Source: an uncultured virus (IMG/VR IMGVR_UViG_3300042349_000834) (Duplodnaviria; Heunggongvirae; Uroviricota; Caudoviricetes). Taken from it: a DNA stretch of 20,000 nucleotides. Shown in pieces: positions 1-8,643 of this stretch. Both the position numbers and the translations under genes were made by a program. Numbering within the stretch: the first letter of the stretch is position 1; every line of letters starts with the position of its first letter. The notes beneath the pieces were generated by a model. The model saw only the letters and a list, made by a program, of their open reading frames with translations, was not told the origin of the DNA and did not search any database. The stretch spans positions 57,267-77,266 of IMG/VR virus record IMGVR_UViG_3300042349_000834; one strand, 5' to 3'.

Positions 1-254
1 GCTACCACATGATGTTTGTAGTTGTTGAATTCAATAAATCTATTTACATAATCCCATATTTTTTTATTAGAGGTATGAAAGATATGTGCGCCATATTTAT
101 GGACATCTATATTATTTTGTTTATAGGTATAGCAGTTCCCTCCTATGTGATCTCGTTTGTCTATCACCAGACAAGAGTATCCTGCGTCACTTAGTTCTCT
201 AGCACATACTGAACCATATATGCCAGCTCCAATAATTAAAAAATCAAATTTCAT
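1..254 (-). CDS. glf: UDP-galactopyranose mutase, N-terminal part (runs off the window edge)
   Basis: Manual translation from ATG at 254: MKFDFLIIGAGIYGSVCARELSDAGYSCLVIDKRDHIGGNCYTYKQNNIDVHKYGAHIFHTSNKKIWDYVNRFIEFNNYKHHVV. It has the FAD-binding GxGxxG motif plus the Glf signatures R-x-HIGGN-x-Y and HKYGAHIFHT. The ATG overlaps the upstream TGA stop (ATGA, 251-254). Not in the supplied ORF track. Confidence 0.95.
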   Translation of the reverse strand, partial: MKFDFLIIGAGIYGSVCARELSDAGYSCLVIDKRDHIGGNCYTYKQNNIDVHKYGAHIFHTSNKKIWDYVNRFIEFNNYKHHVV

Positions 255-907
255 AAGGGTATAAATTTATAGAATTCTGGATGTCTTATATCATTCTCGT
301 CGTAAACGTCTCCGACAAATTCAGTACCTTGTCTCATAGTAGGAAAAGGTTTTTTGTCAAAAAACTCATCATGAACAACTTTATCGTTTTGTATGAGTGG
401 ATATAGAGTGTTGCCTAAAAATTCATAATCAGTTCCATATTTATCTTTGCTGACATAATTTTTAAGAAGTTCTTCTATGTTATATGTATCGTTTTTTTTG
501 TATCCCCACATTCCTCCCAAAATGGGATATCCGTGATGAGGATGATCCCTCATTATGTGAATGGTTTTATTTTGCTTTAGCCAATAGTCAACAGCATATT
601 TTTCTCTCATACTAAGACGACTATCAGTATCTCTGAATACACAAACATCAAATTCGGGATCAAAACAAGTTTGAAATCTCCAGAACAGATTGGACCACGA
701 ATCTGATCCATTCATTGTTTTTACAATCACATGATCAAATTGTTCTAGTTCTATTTTTGTTTGTTCTGGAACAGATGAGTCGCTTATGAAGAATACACAT
801 TTCCATTCTGGATATATTATTGAAGCTAGTTTTGCATTTTTAATAGCTCCAACATTATATTTTGGATTATTTCCCCATAAGCTAAAAGCAATACATTTAT
901 TAGTCAT
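251..907 (-). CDS. Putative glycosyltransferase-like protein (GT-A-like, DxD)
   Basis: Motifs FSLWG..Y..GA, FWRF, RDTDSR (DxD), HIMRDHPHH..PILGGMWG. This pattern recurs in glycan gene clusters of large viruses and bacteria. Translationally coupled to glf. Confidence 0.6.
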   Translation of the reverse strand: MTNKCIAFSLWGNNPKYNVGAIKNAKLASIIYPEWKCVFFISDSSVPEQTKIELEQFDHVIVKTMNGSDSWSNLFWRFQTCFDPEFDVCVFRDTDSRLSMREKYAVDYWLKQNKTIHIMRDHPHHGYPILGGMWGYKKNDTYNIEELLKNYVSKDKYGTDYEFLGNTLYPLIQNDKVVHDEFFDKKPFPTMRQGTEFVGDVYDENDIRHPEFYKFIPL

Positions 908-1481
908 TTAACTTATTATTTGTTTTAGGAGGATAGTTATACACAATAACATCAAACTGTCCCCAAATATCATCAATTAAATCAGAAACGAACTGCCAAT
1001 TACCACCAGCTAGTCCGCTACCAAATTTAGGACAATGTATTTCTATCTTTTCGCTTTTATTAGAGAATCCCGTATTAGATTTAATATATTGAGATAAAGT
1101 ATTCATTGACTTAACTAATGCCAAATAGTTTAAAGGTCTGATATTGTTAGTCCCTTTAACTCCATTTTGAGCTATCATATTAACAAAAAATAGTTTATGC
1201 TTAAATTTATTGTCTTCATAGACTTTTAGTATTTGGCTATATCCAAAATTGTTACGCAAAAAGTGCTTGCCTAGCAAGTGATAGTCTTGTTTAACTGAAG
1301 GATATTTTTCAGCTAACTGAGCGGCAAATCCAGCACCGAATAGATCTATATTATTACACACATGAGGAACAAATACCGTAGATCCATTATTGCCGGAACT
1401 TACTCTTTCTCTGATAGATTCAAAAAGATTTTGATTAGAAAATCTGTAGTTGGGTAATAGTTTATTTATTTTTATTGACAT
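900..1481 (-). CDS. Macrodomain protein (ADP-ribose binding/hydrolase, Poa1p/TARG1/DarG-like)
   Basis: HVCNN...FGAGFAAQL, VNMIAQ and IHCPKFGSGLAGGNW are macrodomain motifs. Start moved to ATG 1481, preceded by SD-like AAGGTGA. Confidence 0.85.
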   Translation of the reverse strand: MSIKINKLLPNYRFSNQNLFESIRERVSSGNNGSTVFVPHVCNNIDLFGAGFAAQLAEKYPSVKQDYHLLGKHFLRNNFGYSQILKVYEDNKFKHKLFFVNMIAQNGVKGTNNIRPLNYLALVKSMNTLSQYIKSNTGFSNKSEKIEIHCPKFGSGLAGGNWQFVSDLIDDIWGQFDVIVYNYPPKTNNKLND

Positions 1482-1485
1482 TTGA

Positions 1486-1737
1486 TCACCTTTGAATTTT
1501 TGGCCATTTGCCAATAGGGCATTCTTGATCAGCCCATGCTAGTTTATTTAAGAATTTCTTCTTCTTACTCAAATAACATCCACATACATTGCACTGTTCT
1601 TTGTTTGCATTGAATTCTTCACATGTTTCACATACGTGGTATCTGTCTAGTATTTCTTTTTGTGTGGACTTTGGGAATCCTCCATAAATATGAAACCATA
1701 AGGACTTAATGAAGATCTGTAGTCTGATTAGGAACAT
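1486..1737 (-). CDS. Small Cys-rich protein (DUF6171-like)
   Basis: R..VCETC...QCNVCGC...K.....ECPIGKW pattern. Likely start at ATG 1737 after purine-rich AAGGAAGAAGG. Confidence 0.6.
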   Translation of the reverse strand: MFLIRLQIFIKSLWFHIYGGFPKSTQKEILDRYHVCETCEEFNANKEQCNVCGCYLSKKKKFLNKLAWADQECPIGKWPKIQR

Positions 1738-1957
1738 CCTTCTTCCTTTCTTTAATGGCAACAATATTTGAATCTTTATCTACTGTAAAAAGATCAATTT
1801 GTTCTATTATAAGATCAGGCAACATCCATTTTGTTGTTCCATCAATAAGAGAAACACATAAACGAGAGCCATTTTTCTTGTAGTCTGTGGTGACTACATA
1901 TTGGCATCCATTGTGCTGATAGCAATCACCAATTAATAATTCTTCTAAGTATTTCAT
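1706..1957 (-). CDS. Hypothetical protein
   Basis: 83-aa ORF packed into the minus-strand gene run; no recognised motif. Confidence 0.6.
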   Translation of the reverse strand: MKYLEELLIGDCYQHNGCQYVVTTDYKKNGSRLCVSLIDGTTKWMLPDLIIEQIDLFTVDKDSNIVAIKERKKDVPNQTTDLH

Positions 1958-1962
1958 ATTAA

Positions 1963-2157
1963 TTAATGATTGTAGTATCTATCCCAGTCTTCCCATTCTT
2001 CGTCTTGGAGATCTTCTTTGTGTTTTTTAACCTGTTTATTTATATCTTTAGGAGAAAAATCACCATCATCGTAACGTTGTTTGTTACGCTTCTTTTTGAT
2101 TTTATCTCTTCTATCGAGTTTTCGGTCTTTTTCTGGAAATTCGTTGTTTGGTTTCAT
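1963..2157 (-). CDS. Small highly charged hypothetical protein
   Basis: Lys/Arg-rich N-terminal half and acidic aromatic tail (DEEWEDWDRYYNH). First gene after the leftward promoter. ATG 2157 preferred over TTG 2175. Confidence 0.6.
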   Translation of the reverse strand: MKPNNEFPEKDRKLDRRDKIKKKRNKQRYDDGDFSPKDINKQVKKHKEDLQDEEWEDWDRYYNH

Positions 2158-2188
2158 TGAAATTATAGTCGCCAAAAGTATCTTTTGT

Positions 2189-2216
2189 ATAGTAGCTCAA
2201 AAAAGTTTGATGTCAA
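2189..2216 (-). promoter_or_regulatory. Sigma70-like promoter, leftward (TTGACA-16 bp-TACTAT)
   Basis: Minus strand TTGACA at 2216-2211 and TACTAT at 2194-2189, in the divergent intergenic gap. Confidence 0.65.
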
Positions 2217-2240
2217 TAGACTCTTTAGGATTTTTTTATC

Positions 2241-2269
2241 TTGACCCAACGAGAGAAGAGAATTACTAT
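2241..2269 (+). promoter_or_regulatory. Sigma70-like promoter, rightward (TTGACC-17 bp-TACTAT)
   Basis: TTGACC at 2241-2246 and TACTAT at 2264-2269, upstream of the glycosylation operon. A further TATAAT lies at 2286-2291. Confidence 0.6.
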
Positions 2270-2323
2270 TATGCAGGTCGGTGGATATAATATACTCTTT
2301 AGATACAATACCCTCTATCATCC

Positions 2324-3985
2324 ATGCTCAAATCTACCATCGTTACAGGAATATGGGATTTGGGCAGAGGTTCGCTAGGCGACGGATGGAGCAGGTCTTT
2401 TGATCGCTACAGAAACAACTTCTCTGTTCTGCTAAATAATATTAAAGATATTCCTACTATAGTTTTTATAGATAAAGAACACGAAGATATAGTATGGAAA
2501 TACAGAAGCAGAGACAACACAGCTGTTTATCATCATTCTGCTAAGGATTTTGATAATAATTTTTTCCCTTTTCGCAATCAAGTGGAAAAAATAAGGACAA
2601 ATGAAGACTGGTTATCTCAAGCTGGCTGGTTAAGAGATAGCACTCAAGCGAAATTGCCATTATACAACCCCATGGTAATGAGCAAGATGTTCCTATTGCA
2701 CAATGCAAAAGTATTTAATCCATTTAGTAGTGAGTACATGTATTGGCTTGATGGTGGAATATCCAATACTGTTCACCCAGGATACTTTAGCCACGACAAA
2801 GTAATAGAAAAAATACAAGATATCACTAAAAAATTCCTCTTTGTGTGTTTTCCTTATGAAACAGAATCAGAAATCCATGGATTCGACATAAGAAAAATGA
2901 GAGAATACGCTAAATCAGAAGAGGTTAATAGGGTTGCTAGAGGAGGATTTTTTGGTGGACACATTGATTATATATCTGAAGCTAATAATCTGTATTATAG
3001 TCTATTGAATGATTCTCTCAATAACGGTCTCATGGGTACTGAAGAAAGCATATTTACCCTAATGACATATTTGCAACCAGAAATGTATCAACATGAAACA
3101 ATTAATCATGATGGTTTATTGTCAACATTTTTTGAAAAAGTAAAAAATAATCAAACAGTTATAGAAGAAATAGCAAAAAACAATCCTAGAAAAAAGCATT
3201 CAAATAACGAAACAGTATTATACATTAATGCTTTTAATTCTCCAGAACAATTACAAATGGTCTTGGATAGTTTTGAACTACATGATAACTCATTTATTAC
3301 TCAAACAAAAAAGATTCTAATAAACAATAGCACAAAAGAAGATCTCTTCAGTAAGTATGATGCCATTTGCGAAAAATACGGATTTTCAGAGCAGATTAAA
3401 AAAGGAAATTTAGGAGTTTGTCGAGCTAGACAATTTGCTGCTGAACATTTCGCAGACCTTGGTTCTAAATACATGATCTTTTTTGAGGACGATATGTTGT
3501 TAGATTATTCTATATCTAATTGTAATTTTGGTTTTAAAAAATCGACACCTAATTTATTAAGTAGTCTTATTCGTATAATGGACAATGAAGAGTATGATTT
3601 TTTGAAATTTAGCTTTAGCGAATTTTATGGACATAACGGAGAACAGTGGAGTTGGCATAATGTTCCTTCAGAATTACGAGTAAAATATTTTGGAGACGCA
3701 AAGAAAAAACCCCCAACGAAGTTCTCCTGCATAAAATCTTATAATGGCATACCTTATGCAGAAGGTGAGATTTACTATTCAAATTGGCCCCATATAATAG
3801 ATCAGGAAGGCAACCAAAAACTATTCTTAGATACTACATGGTCAAATCCTTTTGAACAAACGTGGATGAGTCACATATATACTCTAACAATTAACAATAA
3901 AGTTAAACCAGCGATATTATTAGCTAGTCCAATAACACATAATAGGGTTCATTTTTATGAAGCGAACGAACGCAAAGAAAATTAA
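2324..3985 (+). CDS. Two-domain glycosyltransferase: N-terminal HtrL/YibB(WlaTC)-like domain plus C-terminal GT-A (GT2-like) domain
   Basis: N-terminal TIVTGIWDLGR, SKMFLL..A..FNPF.SEYMYWLDGG, GGFFGG and GTEESI match HtrL-like proteins. C-terminal half has GNLGVCRARQ and YMIFFEDDM (DD motif). Confidence 0.75.
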   Translation: MLKSTIVTGIWDLGRGSLGDGWSRSFDRYRNNFSVLLNNIKDIPTIVFIDKEHEDIVWKYRSRDNTAVYHHSAKDFDNNFFPFRNQVEKIRTNEDWLSQAGWLRDSTQAKLPLYNPMVMSKMFLLHNAKVFNPFSSEYMYWLDGGISNTVHPGYFSHDKVIEKIQDITKKFLFVCFPYETESEIHGFDIRKMREYAKSEEVNRVARGGFFGGHIDYISEANNLYYSLLNDSLNNGLMGTEESIFTLMTYLQPEMYQHETINHDGLLSTFFEKVKNNQTVIEEIAKNNPRKKHSNNETVLYINAFNSPEQLQMVLDSFELHDNSFITQTKKILINNSTKEDLFSKYDAICEKYGFSEQIKKGNLGVCRARQFAAEHFADLGSKYMIFFEDDMLLDYSISNCNFGFKKSTPNLLSSLIRIMDNEEYDFLKFSFSEFYGHNGEQWSWHNVPSELRVKYFGDAKKKPPTKFSCIKSYNGIPYAEGEIYYSNWPHIIDQEGNQKLFLDTTWSNPFEQTWMSHIYTLTINNKVKPAILLASPITHNRVHFYEANERKEN

Positions 3986-5273
3986 AGCCAAGACTCAAAC
4001 AGCCACAAAGAGTAATAAAGTAGAGACTATTTTTATTCAGATAGCTTCGTATCGAGATCCTCAACTCCTCCCAACCTTGAGAGATTTGTTTAGTAAAGCA
4101 AAAAATCCAAATAATATCACTGTTGGAATATGCTGGCAACATTCTCCAGATGATACATGGGATGTCCTAGCAGAGTTTGAAAACGATCCAAGAATAAAAG
4201 CTATAAACATAGACTATAAAGATAGTCAAGGTGTTTGCTGGGCTAGAAATTTAGTTCAATCTCTATATAATGGAGAAACATATACTCTACAACTAGATAG
4301 TCACCACAGATTCGTTCAAGACTGGGATGAAATCTTAATAGATATGCTAAAAGGTTTACAAAAAGACGGCTACAATAAACCGTTAATAACAGCATATATA
4401 CCCAGCTTCGATCCAGACAATGATCCCGCATCCAGAGTTCAAGAGCCTTGGAAAATGAATTTTGATAGATTCATTCCTGAAGGAGCAGTTTTCTTTTTAC
4501 CTGCCTCTTTTGATTCTTGGGACGATAAAACCAAACCTCTTCCAGGCAGATTTTATAGTGCTCATTTTGCTTTTAGCGTAGGAGCATTTTGTAAGGAGGT
4601 TCCTCACGATCCTCAATATTATTTTCATGGTGAAGAAATTAGTATTGCGGCTAGAGCATATACTCATGGGTATGATATATTCCATCCTCATAAGGTTGTT
4701 TGTTGGCATGAATATACCAGAAAGGGAAGAACCAAGCAGTGGGATGATGATAAAAAATGGGGAGACAGGAATAATATCTGTCATCTACGAAACAGAAAAT
4801 TGTTTGAAATGGATGGAGAAAAAAGAGATATAGATTTTGGCCAATATGGTTTTGGCACAGTAAGATCTTTGAGAGATTACGAAAAATATAGTGGATTATC
4901 ATTTGGTAAAAGAGCTATACAAAAAAGAGTACAGGATCATCAAGCACCACCAGATCCAGAAACATCCTATCTACCCGATGAGGATTTTGATAAAAGACTA
5001 TTAAGGATATTCAAGCATTGCATAGATATTCAATATGGTCAAGTACCAGAAAATGATTATGATTTTTGGGCTGTTGCTTTTAAAGATAAAGAAGGTCGAG
5101 ATATATACAGGCAGGACGCAGATAAAGACGAAATACTACGTATTAAAAATGATCCAGATGGATATTGCAAGGTGTGGAGAGAGTTTCAAACAGAAGTTAC
5201 TCCAACAAGCTGGTTGATTTGGCCTCATAGCTTATCAAAAGGATGGGCAGAACCGATTGTAGGGTATCTGTAA
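3957..5273 (+). CDS. GT60/Gnt1-like polypeptide or hydroxyproline alpha-N-acetylglucosaminyltransferase, with a C-terminal extension
   Basis: TIFIQIASYRD, GVCWAR, YTLQLDSHHRF..DWD (DSH metal motif) and YFHGEEI..AARAYTHGYDIFHP are hallmark motifs of Dictyostelium Gnt1-type GT60 enzymes. Confidence 0.85.
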   Translation: MKRTNAKKIKAKTQTATKSNKVETIFIQIASYRDPQLLPTLRDLFSKAKNPNNITVGICWQHSPDDTWDVLAEFENDPRIKAINIDYKDSQGVCWARNLVQSLYNGETYTLQLDSHHRFVQDWDEILIDMLKGLQKDGYNKPLITAYIPSFDPDNDPASRVQEPWKMNFDRFIPEGAVFFLPASFDSWDDKTKPLPGRFYSAHFAFSVGAFCKEVPHDPQYYFHGEEISIAARAYTHGYDIFHPHKVVCWHEYTRKGRTKQWDDDKKWGDRNNICHLRNRKLFEMDGEKRDIDFGQYGFGTVRSLRDYEKYSGLSFGKRAIQKRVQDHQAPPDPETSYLPDEDFDKRLLRIFKHCIDIQYGQVPENDYDFWAVAFKDKEGRDIYRQDADKDEILRIKNDPDGYCKVWREFQTEVTPTSWLIWPHSLSKGWAEPIVGYL

Positions 5274-5281
5274 AACGTCTT

Positions 5282-5893
5282 ATGCCAATATTTTCAAATA
5301 TTAGTGCTATTGGAGATTCTCATGTTGGTGCTTTTTCACCATACTGTAGATTATGTACTCTTGGTCCAGTTACCATGTATTCATTGACAACAGATAAGCT
5401 TAATGAATATATTGTTTATTTGCTTGAACGAAAAGAAATAGATATTAATGGCTGGTGGATTTTTTGTACTGGCGAAATAGATATAAGATGCTTATTACAC
5501 AAACAAATAAATGAGTACGGTAGAAAAGAGGACGAGACTATAGAAACATTGGTAGAGAATTATATATCCAATCTATATAAGCTGAATCACACCAAGTTAG
5601 CCATATCAACCACAGTACCACCTGCAAAAACAGAAGGTTTTGAAGTTCAACAAAAACATACCATTAATTCTGACTACCCTTTCAAGGGATCAGATTCAGA
5701 AAGAAACAGATGGTCTCAAAAATTAAATCACTATTTAATAAATAAGTGCATAGAAAAAAACATTACTTATATAGATATATACTCTCTATTCAAGAACAAC
5801 GAAGGATTTTTAGATCATCAATATATAGACGCAGATATGATACATGTTTCAAAAAATGATAAAATTGTCACATTACTTAATAATTTATACTAG
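5282..5893 (+). CDS. SGNH/GDSL-fold protein (putative O-acetyl esterase or transferase)
   Basis: Block I IGDSH, GEID.R, and C-terminal DxxH (DMIH). Start placed at ATG 5282, just after the upstream stop at 5273. Confidence 0.7.
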   Translation: MPIFSNISAIGDSHVGAFSPYCRLCTLGPVTMYSLTTDKLNEYIVYLLERKEIDINGWWIFCTGEIDIRCLLHKQINEYGRKEDETIETLVENYISNLYKLNHTKLAISTTVPPAKTEGFEVQQKHTINSDYPFKGSDSERNRWSQKLNHYLINKCIEKNITYIDIYSLFKNNEGFLDHQYIDADMIHVSKNDKIVTLLNNLY

Positions 5894-5901
5894 GAGAAAC
5901 T

Positions 5902-6642
5902 ATGAATTTGCTTTCCGCCCTGACGACATATAATGTTAATTCGAATAAAATGAGAATAGGTAATGAGCACGATGGTGGATATATTATCAATGATCTCATA
6001 GTTAAAAATACCAAAAGATTAATTTCTGTAGGAATAGGCGGAGAAGACAATTTTGAATTACAGTGGGCAGAAAAATTCCCAACAACATTCATAGAAGCAT
6101 ACGACGGAACGTATCCGTGTAACAATTTATGTAATAAATTTCCTGATAGAATTAACAAAAACATTTTTTACGTTCATAATGACGTTGGTTTTGGAGAAAA
6201 ACAAATTCCTCTCAATACAATCGTAGATAGTAAAGAAGGAGTTTTATTAAAAGTTGATATAGAAGGTGGTGAATATACTGCATTTGATAATTTATATCCA
6301 GACAGGAATCTAACAGGACTCATCTTAGAAGTCCACGATTTACATATACCTGAGAATTGTCAAAAAATAGCAAAAATAATCACTGAAAATTTCAAAAACT
6401 TGCTTCTTTTCCATGTTCACGGAAATTCGTGGGGAGGTATGTTTGATTTGAACTTGACACCCAATGTCAATGATGGTATACTAATCAAGAGGTTTCCTCA
6501 TGTGCTAGAACTGACATTCATATCAAAGCATATTGTAGATAATTACTCTCTTGAAAAGCGTAAATTCCCTGTGGATGGTTTGGATAATACTAACAGACAT
6601 GATTTTCCTGACATAGATCTTTATTGGATAAATGCTATATGA
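5902..6642 (+). CDS. FkbM-like / Methyltransf_22-type SAM-dependent methyltransferase
   Basis: RIG..HDGGY, SVGIGGEDNFE, LLKVDIEGGEY, LEVH, HVHGN and LELTF motifs. SD AGGAG upstream. Confidence 0.8.
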   Translation: MNLLSALTTYNVNSNKMRIGNEHDGGYIINDLIVKNTKRLISVGIGGEDNFELQWAEKFPTTFIEAYDGTYPCNNLCNKFPDRINKNIFYVHNDVGFGEKQIPLNTIVDSKEGVLLKVDIEGGEYTAFDNLYPDRNLTGLILEVHDLHIPENCQKIAKIITENFKNLLLFHVHGNSWGGMFDLNLTPNVNDGILIKRFPHVLELTFISKHIVDNYSLEKRKFPVDGLDNTNRHDFPDIDLYWINAI

Positions 6643-7499
6643 TATACATCTCGCTATGTGCTATGCCAGATAGATTAGAGACTAAAGATAGTTCGTCCCA
6701 ATGTTTATCTTCTTTATTAGAACAAGAAACAACCCATGAATATAAAGTTCTTTTAAATATTCCTTTAAAGTTAAGGAACTACGAAAATACAACTATACCA
6801 CAATGGGTATTGGATTTAGAAGCAACATATAGCGGTAAGCTTATGATTCTTAGAGATGATACGGACTATGGACCAATATCTAATCTATTGTCTCCCATTA
6901 AGCTAATAAGTATGGATCCAAATGACATTATTATTATTTGTGATGATGATCATATGTATGATCCAAAAATGATCGAATACCATCTTAAAAAATTGCAACA
7001 ATATCCCGACCATCATGCTATTTGCTTTAGGGGTAATCAACCACTAGAACTAAGAACGTGGTATATAGATAATGTTAAATATGGTAAACTCTATAATTCC
7101 TGTGTTTTATTTCCAACAAGAAATGATATTTATTTAAAATTGCCTGATCATTGGCATAGCGTATCATATCGTAGAAAGTTTATTCAACAAGACATTTTTG
7201 ATCAAGATTTTTTAAATATATCTTGGAATAACGACATTTTAATGGGATGTTATGCATGGTCTCATGACTTTTATTTCTTATGCGCTAACTATGATCAAGA
7301 GAGTGATTTTAGACCCGTTAACTATGATGGTCGAGGAGCTAATTCTTTTCCTTTAATGAAGATGCTTCCATTTTCTGGAGACAGTGGGTGCAATAGATGG
7401 AGAGATAAAAATAAGAAACCGGGTGAAGATATATGGGATTTAGAAAAATTTCGACAACTATTTGATAAGGATAAAGGAATAATACAATTATGGAAATAA
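6639..7499 (+). CDS. GT-A fold glycosyltransferase-like protein (paralog 1)
   Basis: ISL..MPDRL, LNIP, DYGPISNL, IIICDDDHMY, NNDILMG. ATG 6639 overlaps the previous TGA (ATGA). Confidence 0.7.
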   Translation: MIYISLCAMPDRLETKDSSSQCLSSLLEQETTHEYKVLLNIPLKLRNYENTTIPQWVLDLEATYSGKLMILRDDTDYGPISNLLSPIKLISMDPNDIIIICDDDHMYDPKMIEYHLKKLQQYPDHHAICFRGNQPLELRTWYIDNVKYGKLYNSCVLFPTRNDIYLKLPDHWHSVSYRRKFIQQDIFDQDFLNISWNNDILMGCYAWSHDFYFLCANYDQESDFRPVNYDGRGANSFPLMKMLPFSGDSGCNRWRDKNKKPGEDIWDLEKFRQLFDKDKGIIQLWK

Positions 7500-8260
7500 T
7501 CATATCTCTAACAACTGTACCTAATAGGTTATATGAGCATCACGGTCATTCAGCCACTAGGGCTGCTCTCACCACTCTATTAGAACAGTCATATCCTTCA
7601 TATTCTGTTCACTTAAATATTCCTTTAGAATATAGAGGAGAGCAAGTTTCTATACCAGATTGGCTTAATGACTACACAAATAAGTACAAACATCTAAAAG
7701 TTTTTTTAACACAAGACTATGGATCAATAACCAAGCTAATACCAACTCTAGAGAGAGTTGAAGATCCAGAAAGCATTATCATATTAGCAGATGATGATCT
7801 TTACTATATGGACGGATTAATTTCTGCACATATCAATGGAAGACAAAAATATCCAGACTACGCATTAGGTTTTGCTGGTATGGCAGCAATAGATGGCTCA
7901 TGTCACTTTTGTACAACAATACCAAAGGATACCAGAGTTAAGGTTTTAGAAGGATACAAAACAGTATCATACCTAAGAAAATTTTTTGACATTAATGAAC
8001 TCAAAAAAGATTTTGTTGGTAAGTCTTGGAGAGATGACGAAACATTATCGGCTTATATGGGGTATAAAAACATTAAAAAATTAGTATTATCATATGAAGG
8101 GGATACTGACTTTTCTCCAAGAGTAGAGTCTTTTCCAGTAACTGGTCATGTTCCAGCAGAAAGAGGTGGATGTAATTTATTCAGGGACTGTTCTGATTCC
8201 CAAAACAAGTCAGAACAAAATATACAGGAATTTTTTAAACTTGGTTACTTAGAAAGATAA
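7490..8260 (+). CDS. GT-A fold glycosyltransferase-like protein (paralog 2)
   Basis: IISLTTVPNRL, LNIP, DYGSITKL, IIILADDDLYY, DDETLS. Aligns by eye with the preceding gene. Confidence 0.7.
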   Translation: MEIIISLTTVPNRLYEHHGHSATRAALTTLLEQSYPSYSVHLNIPLEYRGEQVSIPDWLNDYTNKYKHLKVFLTQDYGSITKLIPTLERVEDPESIIILADDDLYYMDGLISAHINGRQKYPDYALGFAGMAAIDGSCHFCTTIPKDTRVKVLEGYKTVSYLRKFFDINELKKDFVGKSWRDDETLSAYMGYKNIKKLVLSYEGDTDFSPRVESFPVTGHVPAERGGCNLFRDCSDSQNKSEQNIQEFFKLGYLER

Positions 8261-8262
8261 TT

Positions 8263-8643
8263 ATGAAATACTTTTATTGTGTCATTTTGGTCATTCTTTT
8301 GTCTAGCAGCACTAAAGCTCAACAATGGTCTAATCCTGAAAATGCTAATCTTACAAGCACTATGACAAATATGATGGTTAATTTTGGTATAGCAGGAATG
8401 CAGTCATCCCAACCTTATGCAGCAAATAATACTAATCAATATCTAGATTATCAAAATGGATATTATCAAGAACTACAAAATAATTTAACTAGAACTGAAA
8501 TATATTTTCAAAAAAGACAAACTAATATGTACTACAGAGAACTTGAGTTTATTCAAAAACGAGAACTCAAAAATCTTAAAAAATATGATCAGTTGACCAT
8601 ACCAGAGCTTAATAGAATTTTTGGGAAAGATAGCAGATATTAA
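8263..8643 (+). CDS. Putative exported hypothetical protein
   Basis: Signal-peptide-like start MKYFYCVILVILLSSSTKA; Q/N/Y-rich body. Its stop shares the TTAA at 8640-8643 with the convergent subtilisin gene. Confidence 0.6.
   Translation: MKYFYCVILVILLSSSTKAQQWSNPENANLTSTMTNMMVNFGIAGMQSSQPYAANNTNQYLDYQNGYYQELQNNLTRTEIYFQKRQTNMYYRELEFIQKRELKNLKKYDQLTIPELNRIFGKDSRY

Noticed and set aside
9..194. 61-aa plus-strand ORF
   Set aside because: Antisense shadow of the clearly recognisable glf on the minus strand.
1966..5217. Short alternative-frame or antisense ORFs (1966-2160, 2081-2290, 3924-4142, 4243-4431, 4497-4784, 4627-4833, 4651-4902, 5035-5217)
   Set aside because: They overlap better-supported genes or the promoter region and carry no recognisable motifs.
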